A stretch of DNA of 64,000 nucleotides from an uncultured bacterium. Lineage in GTDB: Bacteria; Fidelibacterota; Marinisomatia; Marinisomatales; JABMOV01. The notes beneath the pieces were generated by a model that had not been told where the DNA came from, made no database searches, and was given only the letters and a program-made list of their open reading frames with translations. A program made the position numbers and the translations under genes. The stretch spans positions 14,037 through 78,036 of the forward strand of contig CAZZIU010000010.1 of NCBI GenBank assembly GCA_964654545.1. The letters run 5' to 3'. Shown here piece by piece: positions 1 through 10,438 of this stretch (the first letter of the stretch is position 1; every line of letters starts with the position of its first letter).

Positions 1-381
1 CCAACAACCGGAATGAACAACAGCGGGATAGCAGTTAAGCAGGCAATGGCATATTTCGCATTTCAAACAGAGGATATTGTTGTGGTTCTGGATGACGTGG
101 ATTTGCCTCTGGGAAAAATAAGGGTCAGGCCCAAAGGCGGAGATGGATGTCACAGAGGATTGGAATCGGTCATTTATCACATTGGAACCACAGGCTTTCC
201 ACGTTTTCGGTACGGGATTTCGACCGGTGAAAAGACACGACCGGCAGAACACTTTGTGTTAAAACCGTTTCGAAAATCCGATAAGCCGCTGGCAGCAGAA
301 ATGGTACATTCTACAGCAGATGCCGTTGAAAGCTTTCTTAAGCACGGGATTACATTTACTATGAACACCTACAACAGTTAA
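1..381 (+). CDS. pth: Peptidyl-tRNA hydrolase (5' truncated by window)
   Basis: Frame is open to base 1 (PTTGMNNSG); motifs VVLDDVDLPLGKIRVRPKGGDGCHRGLES and FPRFRYGI. Confidence 0.95.
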   Translation, partial: PTTGMNNSGIAVKQAMAYFAFQTEDIVVVLDDVDLPLGKIRVRPKGGDGCHRGLESVIYHIGTTGFPRFRYGISTGEKTRPAEHFVLKPFRKSDKPLAAEMVHSTADAVESFLKHGITFTMNTYNS

Positions 382-406
382 CCTGAAATAAGGGAGATAT
401 TTTATC

Positions 407-2545
407 ATGATTTCATTGGAATATTTCACAATCTTGGCGGGGATTTTGGCAATGATTTTTGCTTTTTGGAAAACCGGTTGGATTGATAAACAGGACCAAG
501 GAACGGACCGTATGGTCACCATTGGCAGACACATTGCCGAAGGCGCGATGGCTTTTCTAAAGGCAGAATACCGCGTATTGATCATATTTGTTGTGGTCGT
601 CGCAATCCTGCTGGCTTTCGGATATGCAAACAATAGTGAATCCAGCTCTCTGGTGGCGTTATCCTTTATAACCGGCGCTTTGGCTTCGGGCCTGGCTGGT
701 TTTCTGGGCATGCGCGTTGCTACCAAAGCGAATAATCGCACGACCCATGCGGCACGCACCGGATTAGCCCCGGCACTCAAAGTGGCTTTTACCGGCGGAT
801 CAGTAATGGGTCTCTCCGTTGTGGGTCTTGGCGTTTTAGGCCTTGGCGGATTATTCATCCTTTATCAAAATATTTTTCCTGGAGATTATCCGAGAATCAT
901 TACCGTGATTTCCGGTTTTTCGTTGGGCGCATCTTCCATTGCGTTGTTTGCCAGGGTAGGTGGCGGAATTTATACCAAGGCTGCAGACGTTGGTGCCGAT
1001 CTGGTAGGCAAGGTTGAAGCGGGGATTCCAGAAGACCACCCACTTAATCCTGCCACTATTGCTGACAATGTCGGTGACAATGTTGGAGATGTTGCTGGTA
1101 TGGGTGCCGATTTGTTCGAATCCTACGTGGGGTCCATTGTCGGATCCATGATATTGGGCGCCAGTGTTATGGTCTCGGGAATGTTTGATTTAAATTTTGT
1201 TATGGTACCCATGCTGATTGCAGCAGCGGGAATCATTGTTTCTATTTTAGGAACTTTTATGGTTTCCGTGAAAGAGGGTGGCAATCCACAAAAAGCCCTT
1301 AATCGGGGAGAGTTTGGTTCCTCGATCATTATGGTGTTGGTCATATATTTAATTATAACCAAGATGTTGCCAGAAACCTTTTCTTTAGGCGGGTTGGAAT
1401 ACAGTCGTCTTGGTGTTTTCTGGGCGACAACCATAGGTCTGTTTGCCGGATTGGGCATTGGTTTTGTTACTGAACATTATACTGGAACACATACCGGCCC
1501 TACCAATTCAATCGCCCGCCAATCTCTCACTGGGCCGGCCACCAACATAATTGCCGGATTGGGGGTTGGGATGCAATCGACAGCGATTCCAACTATTATT
1601 ATAGCCGCTGGTATTATGGGCGCCTACTATTTTGCCGGATTATATGGTATTGCCGTGGCAGCGCTTGGCATGCTTGCCAATACGGGAATTCAGCTGGCTG
1701 TGGATGCCTATGGCCCCATATCTGATAACGCCGGCGGGATTGCAGAGATGGCAGAATTACCCAAAGAAGTGCGTGGCCGCACGGATAAGCTTGACGCCGT
1801 TGGGAATACCACCGCGGCAATCGGTAAAGGGTTTGCCATTGGATCAGCCGCGCTTACAGCGCTGGCCTTGTTTGCATCCTACATGGTTCAAACCGGGATT
1901 ACAACCATTGACATAGCAAATCCGAATGTCATGGCCGGATTGTTCGTGGGGGGCATGTTGCCATTTCTGTTTTCGTCACTTGCCATGAATGCTGTTGGCC
2001 GGGCTGCTATGAGCATGATCGAGGAAGTACGCCGACAGTTTAAAACCATTCCAGAATTGACGGCTGCCCTAAAGGTGATGAACAAATATTCTGACAACGA
2101 TAAATGGTCTGATGAGGATCGTAAAATTTTTAAAGCTGCAGATGGCAAAGCCGAATATGGAAAATGTGTTGAGATTTCTACTACATCTGCCGTACGGGAA
2201 ATGGTTGTACCCGGTTTACTGGCAATTCTCACACCTGTAATTGTTGGATTTGTTTTTGGCGCACAAACCCTTGGCGGTTTGTTGGCAGGCGTTACGGTTG
2301 CAGGAGTATTAATGGCTATTTTCCAATCTAATGCCGGTGGCGCCTGGGACAATGCCAAGAAAATGATTGAGGAAGGCATTGAATTAAATGGTGAGAAGTA
2401 CGGAAAAGGTTCCAATGCCCATAAAGCAGCCGTTGTTGGCGATACTGTGGGTGATCCATTTAAAGACACCTCTGGACCTTCACTAAATATTTTAATCAAA
2501 CTTATGTCGGTAGTATCACTGGTGATAGCACCATTGATTGCCTAA
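407..2545 (+). CDS. hppA: Membrane-bound pyrophosphatase, K+-dependent, probably Na+-translocating
   Basis: Motifs [40 protein letters not shown] marks the K+-dependent type. ADLFESY Glu with no Glu in TM5 (GASSIA) fits Na+-PPases. Confidence 0.95.
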   Translation: MISLEYFTILAGILAMIFAFWKTGWIDKQDQGTDRMVTIGRHIAEGAMAFLKAEYRVLIIFVVVVAILLAFGYANNSESSSLVALSFITGALASGLAGFLGMRVATKANNRTTHAARTGLAPALKVAFTGGSVMGLSVVGLGVLGLGGLFILYQNIFPGDYPRIITVISGFSLGASSIALFARVGGGIYTKAADVGADLVGKVEAGIPEDHPLNPATIADNVGDNVGDVAGMGADLFESYVGSIVGSMILGASVMVSGMFDLNFVMVPMLIAAAGIIVSILGTFMVSVKEGGNPQKALNRGEFGSSIIMVLVIYLIITKMLPETFSLGGLEYSRLGVFWATTIGLFAGLGIGFVTEHYTGTHTGPTNSIARQSLTGPATNIIAGLGVGMQSTAIPTIIIAAGIMGAYYFAGLYGIAVAALGMLANTGIQLAVDAYGPISDNAGGIAEMAELPKEVRGRTDKLDAVGNTTAAIGKGFAIGSAALTALALFASYMVQTGITTIDIANPNVMAGLFVGGMLPFLFSSLAMNAVGRAAMSMIEEVRRQFKTIPELTAALKVMNKYSDNDKWSDEDRKIFKAADGKAEYGKCVEISTTSAVREMVVPGLLAILTPVIVGFVFGAQTLGGLLAGVTVAGVLMAIFQSNAGGAWDNAKKMIEEGIELNGEKYGKGSNAHKAAVVGDTVGDPFKDTSGPSLNILIKLMSVVSLVIAPLIA

Positions 2546-2560
2546 GGTTAAGGAGAGAGA

Positions 2561-3070
2561 ATGAGATACTACGAAACACTATACATTATTAACCCTAATT
2601 ACGAGCAAGAACGACTCGGTAAGATTATCGAGGAAGTAGGTGGAGAATTAAGTCGCCGTGATGGACTTACCATCGTTAATCATCGGATATGGGGTAAAAA
2701 ACGGTTGGCGTATCCAATCCAAAAGCACAAATATGGAACCTACATTCTATTGCAGTTTGAAACGAAAGACGTGGCTGTTCTTGGCGAATTTGATACTTTT
2801 TTAAAATTAAATCGAGGGATTATCCGTCATCAGGTCGTTCGTTTGGATAATAGACCTGAAGTGATTGAAGACGAAAACCTACAAGAATTGTTGGAGGATG
2901 AAGAATCAGGCGGGAAAACGGATACTGTTGAAAAGGAAGATAATGATAGTCAGCCCACTGAAACGGAAGAATCTGAAATAACTGAAGATTCGAAAGATAT
3001 GGATGAGTCTAACGAAGAAAAGCCTTCCAAAGACGATGAGCCTGATGAAGAAAAAAAGGAGCAGGAGTAG
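2561..3070 (+). CDS. rpsF: 30S ribosomal protein S6 with long acidic C-terminal extension
   Basis: MRYYETLYII and WGKKRLAYPIQK; last ~70 aa are D/E-rich. Confidence 0.95.
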   Translation: MRYYETLYIINPNYEQERLGKIIEEVGGELSRRDGLTIVNHRIWGKKRLAYPIQKHKYGTYILLQFETKDVAVLGEFDTFLKLNRGIIRHQVVRLDNRPEVIEDENLQELLEDEESGGKTDTVEKEDNDSQPTETEESEITEDSKDMDESNEEKPSKDDEPDEEKKEQE

Positions 3071-3073
3071 ACC

Positions 3074-3304
3074 ATGGCATTTGTAAGCAAAAAGAAATTC
3101 TGTTATTTCAAGGAAAATGGAATAACTGAAATAGACTATAAGGATGTAAAGCTTTTGCGTCGGTTTATCACCGAGCAGGGTAAAATTATGCCCCGGCGGG
3201 TGACGGGTACCAGTGCAAAAATGCACAGGAAGCTTGTACATGCAATTAAACGTGCTCGCAACATTGCATTAATGCCCTATACCAACAGCAGTATGGATAG
3301 CTAA
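3074..3304 (+). CDS. rpsR: 30S ribosomal protein S18
   Basis: [26 protein letters not shown] and [13 protein letters not shown]. Confidence 0.97.
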   Translation: MAFVSKKKFCYFKENGITEIDYKDVKLLRRFITEQGKIMPRRVTGTSAKMHRKLVHAIKRARNIALMPYTNSSMDS

Positions 3305-3324
3305 TAGAACGAAAGGATACAAAC

Positions 3325-3768
3325 ATGGATGTAATTTTACTACAGGATGTTGATACTCTGGGATCTGCTGGAGACATTGTAAATGTAAAACCGGGCTATG
3401 CGCGAAATTTTCTTATTCCCAATGGATTGGCCCTACGCTCTTCCAAACAAAACGTTGCTGTAGCTGAAGAGAAAAAACGCAACATGGAAGCACGAAAAAG
3501 CCGTGTTGTAAAAGCACAAAAAGATTTGGCTGATAAATTGGCGAAGATTGAAATCACAATTGAGGTACAAGTCGGGGAAGAAGAACGGCTATTTGGATCG
3601 GTTTCAACATTGGATATTCACAATGCTCTTTTAGAGAAGGGAATTGATGTAGATCGTCACGATATTCTGCTGGAAGAACCTATAAAATCGTTGGGTATTT
3701 ATCATATCCCCATTAAAATCTCTGTAGATATGAATCCAGATATTAAACTTTATGTGATCAAGGCTTGA
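3325..3768 (+). CDS. rplI: 50S ribosomal protein L9
   Basis: LGSAGDIVNVKPGYARNFLIP, RLFGSV, PIKSLG. Confidence 0.97.
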   Translation: MDVILLQDVDTLGSAGDIVNVKPGYARNFLIPNGLALRSSKQNVAVAEEKKRNMEARKSRVVKAQKDLADKLAKIEITIEVQVGEEERLFGSVSTLDIHNALLEKGIDVDRHDILLEEPIKSLGIYHIPIKISVDMNPDIKLYVIKA

Positions 3769-3789
3769 TCGCATAAACCTCCTCCTCCC

Positions 3790-3828
3790 AACCCCCGCTG
3801 GTTAACCCTTTTAACGGCGGGGGTTTTT
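3790..3828 (+). terminator. Intrinsic terminator after rplI
   Basis: AACCCCCGC...GCGGGGGTT stem with inner GTTAA/TTAAC pairing, then a T run. Confidence 0.8.
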
Positions 3829-3872
3829 ACTCTCAATACCATTTTTTATTTGGGTATTCCCACATAACTTTT

Positions 3873-6104
3873 ATGAGTATGTTCGCCGAAATTGCATTTC
3901 CAATATCCAGCTATCAAACGTTTACATATAGCATACCAGATGAAATGCAGGTACTGATGGATATTGGTGTCCGAGTTAAAGCACCCCTTGGTAAACGCAT
4001 CGCTCAGGGTGTTGTCGTTTCCATAAGCACCAACTCCTCCTATGCTGGAACGATAAAACCAATCAAATCTCTGGTGGATAGCCAGCGCATTTTGGATCAG
4101 CATTTATGGAAATTGATTCAATGGATTAGTAAATACTACCTTACTCCCATTGGTCAGGTTGCAAGAACCATCTTGCCAAATAAGCTCTCCACTAATTATG
4201 AGCCACGCGGACAATGGATGGTCGAAGCAATTTCCACCGTACCCGATTGGTCAATTCTTCGTAATGCACCGACACAATCCTTGATGTTTAAAACAATCCT
4301 TGAATTCAAGGAACCGGTACCTGTAGCAAAATTGGGAAATCTGGCCAGCAGTCCCCTTACAGCTTGCCGGGCACTGTCAGACAAAAAACTTGTGAAAATC
4401 TGGCAGAAAATTATTCCACCAGATACAACCGGATTCACGTTTAAAGCGCTACACAAAACACTCCGGTTTTCGGAATCACAGAAGCAGGTGCTGGACAAAC
4501 TTTATAATGCGTTAAAGACAAATACGTTTGCACCATACCTGTTGCACGGTGTAACGGGAAGCGGAAAGACTGAAATATATATTTCAACCGCGCAGCAGGC
4601 ACTCAAGCAAGGGAAATCGGTCATAGTGTTATTACCGGAAATTGCACTTACACCACAAATAGGAGGTCGTTTCAGATCCGCATTTGGGGATCGGGTTGGA
4701 CTGTGGCACTCAAAGATGAGCCCGGCTCTTCGTGCATGGACATGGAAACGAATATGTTCTGGCGACTTCCAGGTAATTGTTGGAGCCCGAAGTGCAATTT
4801 TTGCCCCAATGAAAAATCTTGGATTGATTATTGTTGACGAGGAACAGGAAAGCACATATAAGCAAGATGCACCAGCTCCGCGATACCACGCCAGGGATGT
4901 GGCACTCGTTAGGGCCCAATTCCAAAACGCTATTATCATCCTTGCAAGTGCAACCCCAAGCCTTGAGAGTTTTTACAACCAGACACAGCAAAAAATTTCC
5001 TACCTGAATCTACCTGACCGCTACGGAGGAGCGGTTTATCCATATGTCCATCTGGTAGACATGAAAAAAGAGCAGGAAGAATCAGGAAAAGGCGGACAGA
5101 TTTTTAGCGGATTGCTTCTGGAAAAAATTGAGGATCGGCTGCATAAAGAGGAACAGATTATCATTTTGCATAATCGTCGTGGCTATGCACCTGTTATGCA
5201 CTGTTTTTCCTGTGGCGATGTGGTAATGTGTCCGCATTGTAAAATTGCACTAACCTACCATAAAACACATCGGGGTCTGCAGTGTCATTTTTGTGGTTAC
5301 CACACGGTTCATTTACCACAAGATTGTCCAACTTGTCATAGTGATCGATTGCAATTATCAGGTTTGGGAACACAAAGAATTGAGGAATTGCTTGATCGAT
5401 CTTTTCCGGAAGCAAAGATTGTACGCCTGGATCAGGATACGGCGACTTCAGTTCAAAACGTTACGAAGTTGCTTGAGAAATTTGCGGAGGGTGATGGAGA
5501 CATTTTACTGGGTACCCAAATGATAGCCAAAGGTCTGGATTTCGAAAAGGTCACGCTTGCCGGTATTGTGAATGCCGATACCGGATTGTATTTGCCGGAC
5601 TTTAGAGCATCGGAACGGATCTTCCAGCTGATTTATCAGACCGCCGGAAGAACAGGACGCAGGTCCATTCAGGGAGAGGTTGTAATTCAGAGTTACAACC
5701 CAGAAAATCCAGTTATAAAGCATGCTGCACAACTCCATGTAAAAAACTATTATAACATCGCTTTAAGCGATAGACAGGAACTAAATTATCCGCCGTTTAG
5801 TTGGATGGTTAAATTAGAATTTTCTGGCAATCGACAGGAAAAAGTAATATCAGCCGCTGAGGAGATCAGAAAAGCGCTTAACATCAAAAGAAAAGGATTG
5901 GATGTTTTAGGTCCGGCCAATTGTTATAGAGAAAAATTGCGAAACAAATACAGAATGCAAATTGTAATCAAATCCTCCAAGAAAACAGATCCTAATGGTT
6001 CCTATTTGCGGTCCGTAGTTGAAAAAATGATCCCAGATATTAGTCGCGCGAAAAACAGCGGTGTAGCTATCGCAATAGATGTGGATCCAGTTAGCCTGCT
6101 CTGA
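3873..6104 (+). CDS. priA: Primosomal protein N' (helicase)
   Basis: LHGVTGSGKTE, IVDEEQE, ASATPSLES, two CxxC pairs of zinc knuckles, LLGTQMIAKGLDF. Confidence 0.96.
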   Translation: MSMFAEIAFPISSYQTFTYSIPDEMQVLMDIGVRVKAPLGKRIAQGVVVSISTNSSYAGTIKPIKSLVDSQRILDQHLWKLIQWISKYYLTPIGQVARTILPNKLSTNYEPRGQWMVEAISTVPDWSILRNAPTQSLMFKTILEFKEPVPVAKLGNLASSPLTACRALSDKKLVKIWQKIIPPDTTGFTFKALHKTLRFSESQKQVLDKLYNALKTNTFAPYLLHGVTGSGKTEIYISTAQQALKQGKSVIVLLPEIALTPQIGGRFRSAFGDRVGLWHSKMSPALRAWTWKRICSGDFQVIVGARSAIFAPMKNLGLIIVDEEQESTYKQDAPAPRYHARDVALVRAQFQNAIIILASATPSLESFYNQTQQKISYLNLPDRYGGAVYPYVHLVDMKKEQEESGKGGQIFSGLLLEKIEDRLHKEEQIIILHNRRGYAPVMHCFSCGDVVMCPHCKIALTYHKTHRGLQCHFCGYHTVHLPQDCPTCHSDRLQLSGLGTQRIEELLDRSFPEAKIVRLDQDTATSVQNVTKLLEKFAEGDGDILLGTQMIAKGLDFEKVTLAGIVNADTGLYLPDFRASERIFQLIYQTAGRTGRRSIQGEVVIQSYNPENPVIKHAAQLHVKNYYNIALSDRQELNYPPFSWMVKLEFSGNRQEKVISAAEEIRKALNIKRKGLDVLGPANCYREKLRNKYRMQIVIKSSKKTDPNGSYLRSVVEKMIPDISRAKNSGVAIAIDVDPVSLL

Positions 6105-7012
6105 TGAAAAAAATATATTATATTATGATGGTCGCGTTATCCGGCGGGTTGTCAGGGCAGACAACCTATGGAGGGTTAACATCATGGTATCACGCCAATA
6201 CGTTGGCGATGGTTGGTGCTGGATCAGCAATTAGTGGAGATGCCAGCGACCAAATGAATCCGGCGTCAATTAACCCCGATTCACGCAAGTTCACATTCGG
6301 ATTTTTGGCATATCCTGCCGGAATTCGAACAAGCCAGATCAGTTTTACATTTCCAACCCGCTCAGGAGTAACCATGTTCTCAGCCCGGAATGTGAATTAT
6401 GGTGTGTTCGACGGGTTTGATTCACAGGGGTTATCAACAGGTACATACACAGGGTCAGATGTCTTATTATCGGCCGCCTATAATACATACCTGGTTCGTC
6501 CAAGCTTGAAGGCCGGGTTAACAGCTGGTTATTTTACCAGTCGATTAGATACATATTCGTCCTCCTTGACAATCTTTACACCTGGGGTGTTGTATTCCTA
6601 TTCACCTTTTGATATTACTATCGGCTTAAGTTTTCAAAACATGGGAGCAGTCCTGGACGGTTATACCTCTGTAGAAGAAGCATTGCCGGAAACCTATGTT
6701 CTGGGAATCGCCAAAAAACTTGCGCATCTACCTATGGTTCTATGCTCGGATATTGGCGTGTTAAAACATTCGCAGGAATACTGGGTGCGCCTGGCTGGTA
6801 TAATAACGCTCACCCAAAACTTGCAGCTTCGTTGGGGGACCTCCACCCAAAAAATCGATCAGTCTACCCAAATTGATTTGATTAATGATTATCTGGGAAG
6901 TACGGGATTTGGGGTTTCGATCAAGCTAGAGAGCGTAGATATAGACTTTGGATCCTATATGTTCGGTTCTGGTGGCTGGATTTACGGTCTCGGATGTGAA
7001 GTCCGGTTTTAA
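6104..7012 (+). CDS. Outer-membrane beta-barrel, PorQ/PorV-like
   Basis: Signal peptide, NPAS motif, amphipathic strands, QNMG...GIAKKLAHLP segment recalling T9SS PorQ, terminal Phe. Confidence 0.55.
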   Translation: MKKIYYIMMVALSGGLSGQTTYGGLTSWYHANTLAMVGAGSAISGDASDQMNPASINPDSRKFTFGFLAYPAGIRTSQISFTFPTRSGVTMFSARNVNYGVFDGFDSQGLSTGTYTGSDVLLSAAYNTYLVRPSLKAGLTAGYFTSRLDTYSSSLTIFTPGVLYSYSPFDITIGLSFQNMGAVLDGYTSVEEALPETYVLGIAKKLAHLPMVLCSDIGVLKHSQEYWVRLAGIITLTQNLQLRWGTSTQKIDQSTQIDLINDYLGSTGFGVSIKLESVDIDFGSYMFGSGGWIYGLGCEVRF

Positions 7013-7020
7013 ATTCCGGG

Positions 7021-9783
7021 GTGAGTTTAAAAACATTTATCCTGATTGTACTGCTGGGTACAGCCTTTCCCAATAGTGGCACGAATCAATTCCTTGATTT
7101 GTCTTATAACCTTGATATCAAAATTGATGTTTCCGATGGGAACCACCAGATTTCCGGACTCGACAGGGTGTCCGTTACCAACCATTGGGACCAACCCATA
7201 GGTGAACTCTATTTTCACCTGACACCCAACAGCGGGGATAACGCGGGTAACCTAGTGATTGAATCATCACACGCCACGCGAGAAATCCGGATAAGCGGTG
7301 AAGACTCTCCCAGTATGCAGATTGGCCTTTTTCCCGCGTTGAAGCCGGGCGAACAAATTATAATAGACCTTACATTTACAACCACATTGCAAAAAAAGGG
7401 AGGGCCTGAGCTACCATTCGTTTACGAACAGAATGATTATACCATTCTACTATCACAACATTTCTACCCAATTCTGGAATGTTTCCATGAGGATGGGTGG
7501 CACATTGAGCATCATGGCCACGACTATGGACATCCAAAGGAACCTGGGGCATATGAAGTCACCATAAGAACACCAAATCAATATTCGGTTATTACTGCAA
7601 CAAACCCTGCGGATATGGCGTCACTGCCATTACATGAAACGCGCTACACATTTGCTATAAATCAAGCGACGGATTTTGCTTTTGTTGCCACTACAACAAC
7701 CAAAGAGATAAAAGGAACTATCGCCGGCGCAGATATAACATTTTATCCGTCTGATACAAAAAGCGAGGCTACAAACCTTTCCAAAATGTTAAACTCCATT
7801 TTACCAATTTATAGTAGTTGGTTTGGGAGTCTACCACAAAATAAAATGGTTTTTATAGCATTCCCGGGATTACCTGCGCGCGCATTGTCCTGGCACAACA
7901 TGATCGTTTATCATCCAGATCTTATTGATAGCCACACGCTGGGTCATGAATTGGCACGTCAGTGGCTGGGCTTTTTGGTCTATGCGGCTAATCCTAATGA
8001 AGTCTGGTTAAACGAATCACTATCAGAATATTACGTCTGGCGTTATGAGAAATATTTGGAAGAACAAAATAAAAGTGTGGTCAAAAGACACTCCAATGTG
8101 TTCCAACAATTATTCTATAATTACCGCTCTTTTAATCCAGATGAGTGGATGCGATTTGTTTTGGAAACCATGGGAGACCGCGTTGATTATCCCAAATATC
8201 AACCGGGTAAAAACACGCATTGGGAGAGTAGCAGCCATCTGTATTCTCAATATGTGGTAGGCAGTCATGCCCTGCAACTTCTGGAGCACAAGGTTGGCGC
8301 AAATAAAACACTCGACATTGTAAGCACGTATATACAGGACTATGCCGGAAAAGCAGCAACGACCGAAGATTTTATCAGGATTGTTAAAGAAAAATGTGGA
8401 CCAGAAACTGCCCAGAATTTTCGCCTTGCATTGACCACAAATATTCGTCCCGATATTCAGATTCGGAATGTGTCGATGGAAGAACCGTATCCGCACAAAT
8501 GGGAGACGCGCGTCACAACTAAATACGAAGGAGAATGGGTTCTCCCGGTGGATGCGTTAGCCATTACCCAAAAAGGAGACAGTCTAACCCAAAAGCAGTT
8601 AATACTCTCTGAGAACAATGTAATTCTATTCCAATCCACTGAGCCAATTAAAACCATATTAATTGATCCCGAAAACAGAATTTATGATGCAAATCGGTTT
8701 AACAATCGCTGGCCACGAAGACTAATTTTTCGACCCCTGATTGGGAAGCCATCCTGGGATGTGTATTCAGTTTCATACCGACCAAGACTGTATAGAGACT
8801 GGCTTCATAACTGGAGGTTTGGCATAAGAATTACAGGTGGACTTGGTTTAAACCTCATGCCAATTATGCCAGCGCTTTTCCAAAACAGTTTTAACCTGGA
8901 TTTAACCTTTTCAACTGGCATGCCAACGCACAATTGGGGTACAAGGTTTACTTATCGCACACCGCTTTCTTCGATCCACCTTACCTACTGGGATGTCACC
9001 GCGGATTATGCTTATCCACGAAACCGCCAAGTATTATCGCTAATTAATTATATTGGGGAACCTAGCTATTACCTTACCTCAGGAAGGTCAATATACAATA
9101 GATTGGTCACTCAGGTCAGGAGAATTGAATACACGGATACCCTTTCTAGCGGCTGGTGGGAGGAGGGAATTCAGTACTGGATAAGTGAAGAATTCCAACG
9201 GTTTTATTACACAGGTGATAAGCGTTATATGATCCAGGTCTTTGGGCTGGTCGGGCATTCCATGCAATCGAAGGACGCTTTTAACCGTTCGCGCATAATG
9301 ATAGCAGCTGATGGCGAGCAACATCTATGGGATTGGCTGATTGCCAGGGGACATTTGGAATCAGGTTTCACCTGGGATTCAAGACCTGAAGACGTTCTAA
9401 GGTATCGATTACAATATTTGCCTCGGATTTGGAAAGAACGTGAAAACTTTGTTCCCCTTTATCGTGGGTTTGTTGATAAGCCAAACAAATGGTGGAATAC
9501 GGTAGCCGGCGCCGGGGTCAGTTTTGGTTATGAAACGGAGGCCTTTGCGTGGCCAATGTTGTATATGGACATGGCTTTTGTTTCCACGGAAACAGGCAGT
9601 GCCATTGAAAGGTTAAAGGCGCTTTCCTTCTCGTCAAATGCTTATGTGGCTGCTGGTTTGGGGGTTGAATCCCAGTCCATGGTAGAGTTGGGCGTCTATT
9701 TTCCGCTATGGTTATCCAGTCCGCCTTTGGGTGAGCCCAACTGGTATCCACGGGTGATTTTCCAGTGGGGATTCTATTTTTAG
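7021..9783 (+). CDS. M1-family aminopeptidase-like protein (degenerate HExxR) fused to a probable C-terminal beta-barrel
   Basis: GTG start, signal peptide, HELARQW-x-WLNE with canonical 18-residue spacing, aromatic strand-rich C-terminus ending FQWGFYF. Confidence 0.75.
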   Translation: MSLKTFILIVLLGTAFPNSGTNQFLDLSYNLDIKIDVSDGNHQISGLDRVSVTNHWDQPIGELYFHLTPNSGDNAGNLVIESSHATREIRISGEDSPSMQIGLFPALKPGEQIIIDLTFTTTLQKKGGPELPFVYEQNDYTILLSQHFYPILECFHEDGWHIEHHGHDYGHPKEPGAYEVTIRTPNQYSVITATNPADMASLPLHETRYTFAINQATDFAFVATTTTKEIKGTIAGADITFYPSDTKSEATNLSKMLNSILPIYSSWFGSLPQNKMVFIAFPGLPARALSWHNMIVYHPDLIDSHTLGHELARQWLGFLVYAANPNEVWLNESLSEYYVWRYEKYLEEQNKSVVKRHSNVFQQLFYNYRSFNPDEWMRFVLETMGDRVDYPKYQPGKNTHWESSSHLYSQYVVGSHALQLLEHKVGANKTLDIVSTYIQDYAGKAATTEDFIRIVKEKCGPETAQNFRLALTTNIRPDIQIRNVSMEEPYPHKWETRVTTKYEGEWVLPVDALAITQKGDSLTQKQLILSENNVILFQSTEPIKTILIDPENRIYDANRFNNRWPRRLIFRPLIGKPSWDVYSVSYRPRLYRDWLHNWRFGIRITGGLGLNLMPIMPALFQNSFNLDLTFSTGMPTHNWGTRFTYRTPLSSIHLTYWDVTADYAYPRNRQVLSLINYIGEPSYYLTSGRSIYNRLVTQVRRIEYTDTLSSGWWEEGIQYWISEEFQRFYYTGDKRYMIQVFGLVGHSMQSKDAFNRSRIMIAADGEQHLWDWLIARGHLESGFTWDSRPEDVLRYRLQYLPRIWKERENFVPLYRGFVDKPNKWWNTVAGAGVSFGYETEAFAWPMLYMDMAFVSTETGSAIERLKALSFSSNAYVAAGLGVESQSMVELGVYFPLWLSSPPLGEPNWYPRVIFQWGFYF

Positions 9784-9881
9784 AGCAGCCTTTAGAATAT
9801 ATTTCCACCATCACCGACCTTAAACAATCCATCTTGATAAAGAGACCTTCTGCCGCTATTAATAGTCTGTATAGAACATAA

Positions 9882-9935
9882 AATACAATAATATATTAAG
9901 ATAATTATTATAAAATACTAAAATATTATTGTATT
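9882..9935. promoter_or_regulatory. 13-bp inverted repeat in the AT-rich region upstream of the Lrp gene (candidate operator)
   Basis: AATACAATAATAT (9882-9894) and ATATTATTGTATT (9923-9935) are exact reverse complements. Confidence 0.4.
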
Positions 9936-9963
9936 ATATATCAATAGATTAATAATATCTTGT

Positions 9964-10422
9964 ATGTTTGATTCAAAAGATTTACACATCATATCTCTGC
10001 TACAGGAAAATGCCAGAATGACGGCAAGTGAGATTGCTCATATTGTGGACTTATCTGTTCCGGCAACGGCTGAACGAATACGTAAACTAACCGAAACAAA
10101 AATCATTACATCTTTTAATGCCCAGGCAGATGCAAAAATTCTGGGCTTTGATCTTACTGCATTTATCTCGGTTGTTAGTGCGTCATCAGACCATTATCAG
10201 GAAATCATTGCAATGTCAACGACTGATAGACGAGTATTGGAATGCCACTCCATCACCGGTGAAGGCAGTCATTTATTGAAAGTACGGATTCGAAATTCTT
10301 CAGAGCTTGAAAAATGTTTGCGCGATATTCAATCCTGGCCGGGAGTAATTCGTACACAAACTATGATCGTATTATCAACATTTAAGGAAAGCTTATCTCT
10401 GGATTTACAGTCAACCAAATAA
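9964..10422 (+). CDS. Lrp/AsnC family transcriptional regulator
   Basis: HTH segment LQENARMTASEIAHIVDLSVPATAERIRKL and RAM domain ECHSITGEGSHLLKV. Confidence 0.93.
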   Translation: MFDSKDLHIISLLQENARMTASEIAHIVDLSVPATAERIRKLTETKIITSFNAQADAKILGFDLTAFISVVSASSDHYQEIIAMSTTDRRVLECHSITGEGSHLLKVRIRNSSELEKCLRDIQSWPGVIRTQTMIVLSTFKESLSLDLQSTK

Positions 10423-10438
10423 AGGAATAAGGTTTTAC

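Noticed and set aside
259-2499. Long antisense ORFs (259-858, 1123-1458, 1888-2499; also 23387-23773 and 44818-45546)
   Set aside because: Shadows of well-conserved genes on the opposite strand, with no motifs of their own.
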